This document shows, in pieces, positions 7,422 to 13,337 of a DNA stretch of 13,337 nucleotides. The translations under genes and the position numbers were made by a program. The notes beneath the pieces are model-generated. The model did not search any database and was not told the origin of the DNA. It saw only the letters and a program-made list of their open reading frames with translations. This DNA comes from Bacillota bacterium (GTDB lineage: Bacteria; Bacillota; Clostridia; Lachnospirales; CAG-274): NCBI GenBank assembly GCA_017444985.1, contig JAFSVK010000072.1, forward strand, positions 1 through 13,337. Direction: 5' to 3'. Every line of letters starts with the position of its first letter. Position 1 is the stretch's first letter.

Positions 7422-7578
7422 GGGGACCTCTAAAAAGTGCTATTGAAGTAAAATTGAGATATCTTGTTCGAGGACTAGGAAATGGCTCGAAGCCAATGTA
7501 GAGCATTGGTGAGAGACATTGACGACGTAATCGGATAAGATAGCCAATTTTACGATTTATGAGTTTTTAGAGGTTCCC
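7422..7578 (+). repeat. Family-A structured repeat, copy 2
   Basis: GGGGACCTCTAAAAAGT...GAGTTTTTAGAGGTTCCC. Same architecture as copy 1, with a different 10-nt variable box (gtaatcggat). Confidence 0.85.
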
Positions 7579-7659
7579 TAAATATAAAATGCTAATTCTT
7601 TGCATATATATAACCATTAAAGGCATAAAAATAACTACGACAATATTTCAAAAACTTAT

Positions 7660-7717
7660 AACAATCGGTAGGGAACGACCCGCGTGTCGTTCCGGTGGGA
7701 ACAGCTGTTATTTTTTT
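7660..7717 (+). other. Internally deleted family-B hairpin (ggaacgac-ccgcgt-gtcgttcc) with an alternative gttcc/ggaac pairing, followed by a T7 run. Terminator-like or attenuator-like element upstream of the xyl operon
   Basis: It shares acaa.tcgtagggaacgacc with the full B copies but lacks the ~66-nt internal segment. This leaves a perfect 8-bp hairpin. T7 at 7711-7717. Confidence 0.35.
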
Positions 7718-7805
7718 GTAAAATATTATGGCTTATATGGAAATTTGGCGAAAAATAAGGGAAAGGTATTTTTGCTTTTTGAATATTGTTTATAAGAAAA
7801 TTCTT

Positions 7806-7834
7806 ATTGTATTTACTGCGATGTTGTGATAAAA
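7806..7834 (+). promoter_or_regulatory. Candidate promoter for the cupin-xylA-xylB operon (TTGTAT -17- TAAAAT with TG at -15/-14), overlapped by the inverted repeat ATAAGAA-aa-TTCTTAT (7791-7806)
   Basis: Hexamers at 7806-7811 and 7829-7834. The palindrome lies directly upstream of and overlaps the -35 hexamer, and could be an operator. Confidence 0.3.
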
Positions 7835-7897
7835 TATATAGTATAAAAACCTATTTGTAGGGGTTTGTATTCGAAGTATAAGTCTAAGGAGAAGGCT

Positions 7898-8233
7898 ATG
7901 AAGTATTATTCTGACAGTAACAAACTTATAGAGAAAATGGAAAAAGAGGGTGTAAATGCCTGCGATGTTCTTACGGAAGAAAACGGCTGTGTTGCGGGAT
8001 GCAAGGCAGGGTTTACATTTTACAGAACAACAGAGTACAAAAAGCCGGGTGTACATAAAGATCAAGAAGGCTTTTTGGTGCTTGAAGGACGGGGAAGGGC
8101 AAAATTCGGGAAAGAAGAGTTTGATATTTACCCGGGCCTTACAATGATAGCACCCCCGGGAGTTACCCACACCATAAAAAAGAACGAGGACAGCTGTGAT
8201 GTAAAAGTGTTTTGGTTTCACAGTGCAGTGTAA
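7898..8233 (+). CDS. Cupin-domain protein (111 aa)
   Basis: The start was taken at MKYYSDS, 7 nt after an AGGAGAAGG RBS. The G(x)5HxH...PxG...H-like conserved-barrel motif pattern (GFLVLEGRG...PPGVTHTI) is typical of cupin_2. Confidence 0.65.
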   Translation: MKYYSDSNKLIEKMEKEGVNACDVLTEENGCVAGCKAGFTFYRTTEYKKPGVHKDQEGFLVLEGRGRAKFGKEEFDIYPGLTMIAPPGVTHTIKKNEDSCDVKVFWFHSAV

Positions 8234-8246
8234 AAGGAGGAGAGCG

Positions 8247-8474
8247 ATGCCCTATATAGCGATAAAATCCTACCCTAAGGATGAAGAGATCAAAAAAAGA
8301 GTAATAGAAGGAATAAATAAGGTACTTCTTGAGGAAATGGGATGTTCTCAAGAAGCAATATGTATATCTATGGAAGAAGTAAAGCCCGAAGAGTGGGTTG
8401 AAAAGGTGAGGACACCCGAAATAGAGCCTAATAAAGACAAAATGAAAATACTTTACGGAAAGAAAATGTATTAA
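8247..8474 (+). CDS. 4-oxalocrotonate tautomerase-family protein (75 aa, Pro1)
   Basis: [10 protein letters not shown]... begins 7 nt after an AAAGGAGGAG RBS. The size, the N-terminal Pro and the beta-alpha-beta pattern fit the 4-OT family. Confidence 0.65.
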   Translation: MPYIAIKSYPKDEEIKKRVIEGINKVLLEEMGCSQEAICISMEEVKPEEWVEKVRTPEIEPNKDKMKILYGKKMY

Positions 8475-8488
8475 AGAGAGGTAAAGAT

Positions 8489-9805
8489 ATGAAAGAATAT
8501 TTTCCAATGGTAAAAAAGGTGGTTTACAAAGGCAAGGATTCAAAGGATCCCTTTGCATTTAAATATTACGATGCGGAAAGGATAGTAGGCGGTAAGCCTA
8601 TGAAGGAGCAACTTAAATTTGCCATGAGCTGGTGGCATACACTGTGTGCTGCGGGAGCGGATCCCTTTGGAGCGCCTACTATGGACAGAAGTTACGGTGG
8701 CTTGACAGACCCTATGGAAATTGCAAAGGCAAAGGTTGATGCAGGCTTTGAGTTTATGTCAAAGCTCGGTATAGAGTATTTTTGCTTTCACGATGCGGAT
8801 ATAGCGCCTGCCGGGGAAACTTTTGCCCAAACAAAAGAAAACTTTTGGAAGATAGTTGAATACATAGAGACCAAAATGAAGGAAAGCGGTATAAAGCTTT
8901 TATGGGGTACGGCAAATTGCTTTAACGAGCCGAGATATATGCACGGAGCGGGAACATCCTGTAATGCTCATAGCTTTGCCTATGCGGCGGCACAGATCAA
9001 AAATGCCATAGAAGCCACCGTAAAACTTGGAGGTAAGGGCTATGTGTTCTGGGGCGGAAGAGAGGGCTACGAGACCCTTTTGAATACGGATATGGCTCTT
9101 GAAACGGACAATATGGCAAGACTTATGCGTATGGCGGTGGATTTCGGCAGAAGCATAGGCTTTGAAGGAGATTTTTACATAGAGCCAAAGCCTAAGGAAC
9201 CCACAAAACATCAGTACGATTTTGATGCCGCAACTGTTTTGGGCTTTTTAAGAAAATACGGTCTTGAAAAAGATTTCAAACTTAATATAGAGGCAAATCA
9301 TGCCACCTTGGCAGGCCATACCTTTGAACATGAGTTGAGGGTAGCAAGAACAAACGGCGCTTTCGGAAGTATAGATGCCAACAGCGGAGACCCTAATTTA
9401 GGTTGGGATACGGATCAATTCCCTACGGATGTATACTCGGCTACACTTTGTATGCTTGAAGTTATAAAGGCGGGAGGCTTTACAAACGGCGGACTTAATT
9501 TTGATGCTAAGGTACGCAGAGGTTCCTTTACCTTTGAGGACTTGGTTTATGCATATATAAGCGGTATGGATACCTTTGCCTTAGGTCTTATAAAGGCTTA
9601 TGAAGTGATCGAGGACGGCAGGATAGATGATTTTGTAAAACAGAGATACATAAGCTACAGCAAGGGTATAGGTAAAGACATTGTAGAGGGTAGGGCAAGC
9701 CTTGAAAGTCTTGAAAAGTATATACTTGAAAATGACAAGGTAACTATGGAAAGCGGAAGGCAAGAGTACCTTGAGACCATATTGAATAACATACTCTTCG
9801 GGTGA
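8489..9805 (+). CDS. xylA: Xylose isomerase (class II)
   Basis: 438 aa. The N-terminus [24 protein letters not shown] and the motifs FHD.D, WGGREG and the catalytic His/Asp/Glu spacing match the Firmicutes/Thermoanaerobacter XylA pattern. Confidence 0.95.
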   Translation: MKEYFPMVKKVVYKGKDSKDPFAFKYYDAERIVGGKPMKEQLKFAMSWWHTLCAAGADPFGAPTMDRSYGGLTDPMEIAKAKVDAGFEFMSKLGIEYFCFHDADIAPAGETFAQTKENFWKIVEYIETKMKESGIKLLWGTANCFNEPRYMHGAGTSCNAHSFAYAAAQIKNAIEATVKLGGKGYVFWGGREGYETLLNTDMALETDNMARLMRMAVDFGRSIGFEGDFYIEPKPKEPTKHQYDFDAATVLGFLRKYGLEKDFKLNIEANHATLAGHTFEHELRVARTNGAFGSIDANSGDPNLGWDTDQFPTDVYSATLCMLEVIKAGGFTNGGLNFDAKVRRGSFTFEDLVYAYISGMDTFALGLIKAYEVIEDGRIDDFVKQRYISYSKGIGKDIVEGRASLESLEKYILENDKVTMESGRQEYLETILNNILFG

Positions 9806-9809
9806 TATT

Positions 9810-11312
9810 ATGAGATATATTATAGGCTGTGATATAGGTACTTCGGGAACGAAGACGGTTTTATACAATGAAAACCTTGAACCTCTTTTTCAAGCCCTCG
9901 GGGAATACACCCTTCACCAGCCACAAAACGGTTGGGCTGAGCAAAACCCCAAGGATTGGTATGATGCGGTCATAAGCACTGTAAAAAAAGTTGTGGAAGA
10001 AGCTAAGGTAGATAGCAGTGATATAAAGGCTATAGGTCTTTCGGGACAAATGCACGGCCTTGTCATGTTGGATGAAAACAACAATGTTTTAAGACCTGCC
10101 ATAATATGGTGCGATCAGCGAACGGGAAAAGAGTGTGTGGAAATAACACAAAAAATAGGCGCAAGTCGACTTGTGGAAATAACGGCAAATCCCGCTCTTA
10201 CAGGCTTTACCGCATCTAAGATAATGTGGGTCAAAAACAATGAGCCCCATATTTACCGCAAGTGCAAACATATACTTCTTCCAAAGGATTATATACGATT
10301 TATGCTTACGGGAGAGTATGCTACGGATGTGTCGGATGCAAGCGGTATGCAGCTTTTGGATGTTCCAAAAAGATGTTGGTCGAAGGAAGTATTAAATAAG
10401 CTTGATATAGATGAGAGTCTACTTGGTTCGGTGTATGAGTCCTGTGAAATAACGGGATATATTACCGAAAAAACAGCCTCCCTCACAGGTCTTTCCACAA
10501 ACACCGCCGTAGTGGGGGGAGCGGGAGACAATGCGGCGGCAGCTATAGGAACGGGCATTGTAAAAGAAGGCAGAGCCTTTACCACCATAGGCACCTCGGG
10601 AGTGGTATATGCTCACACCGATAAGCCTGTTATAGATCCAAAGGGCAGAGTCCACACCTTTTGCTGTGGGGTAAAGGGTAAGTGGCATGTTATGGGAGTT
10701 ACCCAGGCTGCGGGTTCTTCTTTAAAATGGTTTAAAAATACCTTTGGAGATACCGACTACTCTCTTATAAACCATATGGTTAAAAATTCACCTATAGGTG
10801 CTGACAGGCTTATATATCTACCCTATCTTATGGGTGAGAGGACACCTCATCTTGATGAGGATTGCAGAGGTGTTCTTTTCGGCTTATCCGCAAGCCACAG
10901 CCGTGGGAACATATATCGCAGCGTAATGGAGGGAGTAGCCTTTTCTCTTACGGATTGCAAGGATATACTTGAAGAAATGGCTATAGAAGCAAAGGATATG
11001 ACAGCTTGCGGCGGAGGCAGTGAAAGCGATATTTGGATGCAAATATTGGCGGATTGCTACAACTGTGATATAAAAAGACTAAGTAGCGCACAGGGTCCCG
11101 CCTTAGGTGTTGCAATATTGGCAGGTGTAGGTGTCGGGATATTTCCCGATGTGGTCTCCGCCTGCGATAAATTTATAAAGCCTGCAAGTATCACTAAAAG
11201 CCAAAAAGAAAATGCAGAAAAGTACAAGAAGATACATAATTTATACAAAAAACTCTATTTGGATCTAAAAGAGGATTTTAAATTATTGGGGAGCTCTAAA
11301 AAGTGCTATTGA
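9810..11312 (+). CDS. xylB: Xylulokinase (FGGY carbohydrate kinase)
   Basis: 500 aa. N-terminal GCDIGTSGTK (FGGY phosphate-1 loop), an internal GGGA...N motif and the C-terminal FGGY domain. The last ~8 codons and the stop lie inside family-A copy 3. Confidence 0.9.
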   Translation: MRYIIGCDIGTSGTKTVLYNENLEPLFQALGEYTLHQPQNGWAEQNPKDWYDAVISTVKKVVEEAKVDSSDIKAIGLSGQMHGLVMLDENNNVLRPAIIWCDQRTGKECVEITQKIGASRLVEITANPALTGFTASKIMWVKNNEPHIYRKCKHILLPKDYIRFMLTGEYATDVSDASGMQLLDVPKRCWSKEVLNKLDIDESLLGSVYESCEITGYITEKTASLTGLSTNTAVVGGAGDNAAAAIGTGIVKEGRAFTTIGTSGVVYAHTDKPVIDPKGRVHTFCCGVKGKWHVMGVTQAAGSSLKWFKNTFGDTDYSLINHMVKNSPIGADRLIYLPYLMGERTPHLDEDCRGVLFGLSASHSRGNIYRSVMEGVAFSLTDCKDILEEMAIEAKDMTACGGGSESDIWMQILADCYNCDIKRLSSAQGPALGVAILAGVGVGIFPDVVSACDKFIKPASITKSQKENAEKYKKIHNLYKKLYLDLKEDFKLLGSSKKCY

Positions 11313-11444
11313 AGTAAAATTGAGATATTTTGTTCGAGGACCGGGAAATGGCTCGAAGCCAATGTAGAGCATTGGTGAGAGACATTGAGGACTAACATGT
11401 GCAAGATAGCCAATTTTACGATTTATGACTTTTTAGAGGTTCCC
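11288..11444 (+). repeat. Family-A structured repeat, copy 3 (overlaps the 3' end of xylB)
   Basis: GGGGAGCTCTAAAAAGT...GACTTTTTAGAGGTTCCC. Its variable box is identical to copy 1 (taacatgtgc). The A-rich left TIR is read as ..GSSKKCY* in the xylB frame. Confidence 0.85.
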
Positions 11445-11475
11445 TATTGTCCAATATTTAAAAGGAGTGAATATT

Positions 11476-12915
11476 ATGAAAAGAAAAGTAATGAATTTTG
11501 CCGCACTTGTGTTAATGGGTGCAACACTTATGTCTGTAGGTGCTTATGCCGAGGGTATCGGTATAGTTATAGACGGAAAAAATATTGAGACCGATGTAGC
11601 ACCTATTATAACACCCGAGGGTAGGACTATCGTTCCCTTAAGAGTGATATCCGAAAACTTAGGTGCAAATGTGGAGTGGGACGGTACCACAAAAACAGTT
11701 ACGGCAGAGAAAGAGGGAGATGTTATAAGCCTTGTTATAGGAGAAGAATATCTTGACTTTAACGGCAAGACATTAGAACTTGACTCTCCCGCGCAAATAG
11801 TCAATGAAAGGACTATGGTGCCTATAAGAATAATATCCGAGTGCTTTGGCTGTAATGTAGATTGGGAGGCTGAAACAAAGACAGTCGTGATCTCTTCCGC
11901 CGAAGAGAAGAAGGAGACCAAACTCCCTAAATATACCGCAAACGAGGACAAATACATTGCAGCCGCTGAGAGTAAAATACTTGAATATTCCGAATATTAC
12001 TCTCCCGCCGACCTTTCTCAACCCGTAGTCACTATTGTAAAGGTAGATGACAGCGATCCCGATGATATTAAGTGTTACGGTAGTTTTTGGATACTTAATT
12101 ATGATCTTAAAGGCAAATTGCTTGAATTTGTAAGCGGTGGCTCCTATCCCGGCTGTATGCACATGAAAAAGGGTGCTGATGGAAGTATTGAAGTGACAAG
12201 CTTTGATATAGTAGAGGACGGCGAGAACGGACAAGAGTCTCTTGAAAAGATATGTGGCGGAGATAAAGAACTTGCCGCACAGGTAACTAAAGCATTGGAG
12301 TTAAATGAGGATGTAAGAAAAGAAGGCTTAAAAGCTTACGTTAAAGCCAACAAACTTGATATAGAAGGCTACAAGGATTACGGGTATGATGCCGTATACT
12401 TTGATACCGAAGGACCTACGGAAGCTACGGAGGACCTCATAGGCGAAGAGGTACCAAATGAATTTATATTTTCCAGCGGTGCGGGAGGTTGGCGCACGGT
12501 TTTAAGGCTTAACAAAGACGGCTCTTTTACAGGCAACTATTCCGATTCCGAAATGGGAAGTACGGGAGAGGGCTACCCCAAAGGCTCTGTCTATGTGTGT
12601 GATTTTTCGGGTAAGTTTACGGACATAAAAAAAGATGGACAAAACTACACCATGAAGTTGGAAAGCCTTGAATCGGAGAAAAAAGAGGGTGAAGAGTGGA
12701 TAGAAGATGAGATCAAATACATCTATTCCACACCCTACGGCATAGAGGGCGGTAAGAATTTCGTCATCTACGCCCCCGACACTCCCCTCGAAGGCTTCTC
12801 GGAAACATTCCTAAGCTGGTGGCCCGGAAGATACAGCGAAAACAAAGACCAAAAAACATTGGGCTTTTACAGTATTTGTAATGTGGAAACAGAAGAAGGA
12901 TTCTTTGCGGATTGA
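11476..12915 (+). CDS. Secreted protein: signal peptide, two copper-amine-oxidase N-terminal-like 'stalk' repeats, and an uncharacterised ~330-aa C-terminal domain
   Basis: Start taken at MKRKVMNF, 8 nt after an AAAGGAG RBS. The signal peptide ends with AYA-EG. Two ~55-aa repeats (...TIVPLRVISENLGANVEWD.. / ..TMVPIRIISECFGCNVDWE..) are characteristic of the Cu_amine_oxidN1 stalk domain common in clostridial cell-surface proteins. Confidence 0.75.
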   Translation: MKRKVMNFAALVLMGATLMSVGAYAEGIGIVIDGKNIETDVAPIITPEGRTIVPLRVISENLGANVEWDGTTKTVTAEKEGDVISLVIGEEYLDFNGKTLELDSPAQIVNERTMVPIRIISECFGCNVDWEAETKTVVISSAEEKKETKLPKYTANEDKYIAAAESKILEYSEYYSPADLSQPVVTIVKVDDSDPDDIKCYGSFWILNYDLKGKLLEFVSGGSYPGCMHMKKGADGSIEVTSFDIVEDGENGQESLEKICGGDKELAAQVTKALELNEDVRKEGLKAYVKANKLDIEGYKDYGYDAVYFDTEGPTEATEDLIGEEVPNEFIFSSGAGGWRTVLRLNKDGSFTGNYSDSEMGSTGEGYPKGSVYVCDFSGKFTDIKKDGQNYTMKLESLESEKKEGEEWIEDEIKYIYSTPYGIEGGKNFVIYAPDTPLEGFSETFLSWWPGRYSENKDQKTLGFYSICNVETEEGFFAD

Positions 12916-12952
12916 GAAGTAATATAAAAATTCTTCGTATTTATAAAAAATG

Positions 12953-12990
12953 AAAAAACCTCTCGCAGAGCTAACTGTGAGAGGTTTTTT
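12953..12990 (+). terminator. Rho-independent terminator (bidirectional: A6, 10-bp stem with one G-U pair, T6)
   Basis: aaaaaa-cctctcgcag-agctaa-ctgtgagagg-tttttt, immediately downstream of the stop at 12915. Confidence 0.75.
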
Positions 12991-13035
12991 CATAATAATC
13001 CAATAGAAAACTTTATATTTAACATAGAATATAGC

Positions 13036-13135
13036 ACAACTCGTAGGGAACGACCATTGCACCGCAAAGATAGATGCGGGCAGGCGATAGCCTGACTTTT
13101 GCGTAGCAAAAGTGCTGATGCGTGTTGTTCCGATG
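13036..13135 (+). repeat. Family-B structured element, copy 2
   Basis: acaactcGTAGGGAACGACC...GTTGTTCC. It differs from copy 1 at ~6 positions, including a compensatory A->T in the 3' half of the closing stem. Confidence 0.6.
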
Positions 13136-13205
13136 GGAGTAGACACTAATTTTTGACTCAAAAATATAAAGATTACTATTGATCTTTAGTATTATACTTT
13201 TTTAT

Positions 13206-13337
13206 GGGTACCTCTAAAAAGTGCTATTGAAGTAAAATTGAGATAGCTTGTTCGAGGACTAGGAAATGGCTCGAAGCCAATGTAGAGCATTGGTGAGAGA
13301 CATTGACGACGGACTCGGGCAAGATAGCCAATTTTAC
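13206..13337 (+). repeat. Family-A structured repeat, copy 4 (truncated by the window end)
   Basis: GGGTACCTCTAAAAAGTGCTATTGAAGTAAAATTGAGATAGCTTG... is identical to copy 1 over the left half and has its own variable box (ggactcgggc). Confidence 0.8.

Noticed and set aside
7589-8558. ORFs 7589..7795(+), 7790..8221(-), 7956..8147(+) and 8163..8558(-)
   Set aside because: They overlap the intergenic regulatory region or lie antisense to the cupin, tautomerase and xylA genes. They have low-complexity translations.
8900-11248. Several 60-100-aa minus-strand ORFs inside xylA and xylB
   Set aside because: They are antisense to two confidently identified enzymes and show no signals.
11385-11588. 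ORF 11385..11588 (67 aa), which starts inside family-A copy 3
   Set aside because: It begins within the repeat and overlaps the start of the secreted-protein gene out of frame. It has a Cys/Arg/Tyr-rich junk tail and no RBS.
11544-13161. Minus-strand ORFs 11544..11957, 11773..12234 and 12811..13161
   Set aside because: They are antisense to the stalk-domain gene, or span its terminator and the B element. They show no coding signals.
4062-13337. Possibility that the family-A copies form a CRISPR-like array
   Set aside because: The repeats are 157 bp long and separated by 1.9-3.9 kb of ordinary genes, not by 20-70-bp spacers. No cas genes are present.

Overview
This is a low-GC, Firmicutes/Clostridia-like chromosomal segment with ordinary-looking genes. 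Leftward genes are a maltose O-acetyltransferase, a homopolymer-frameshifted hypothetical gene, a MIF-family tautomerase, a membrane protein and a YdjI-type SPFH protein fused to four zinc ribbons. A further leftward gene encodes a small membrane protein. Rightward genes are a GGDEF diguanylate cyclase, a cupin / 4-OT tautomerase / xylA / xylB operon and a secreted 'copper amine oxidase N-domain' stalk protein. The coding sequence does not explain two families of repeated, highly structured non-coding elements. Family A is about 157 bp with 17-bp terminal inverted repeats and nested internal stems, and it carries a 10-nt hypervariable box. Four copies lie in the same orientation and bracket every gene block, and one copy supplies the last codons and the stop codon of xylB. 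Family B is about 95 bp, with two full copies and one internally deleted hairpin version. It has a closing stem supported by compensatory changes and contains mutually exclusive helices. Neither family matched any RNA or transposon family I could recall by eye. Both are candidates for an undescribed MITE/ncRNA system.
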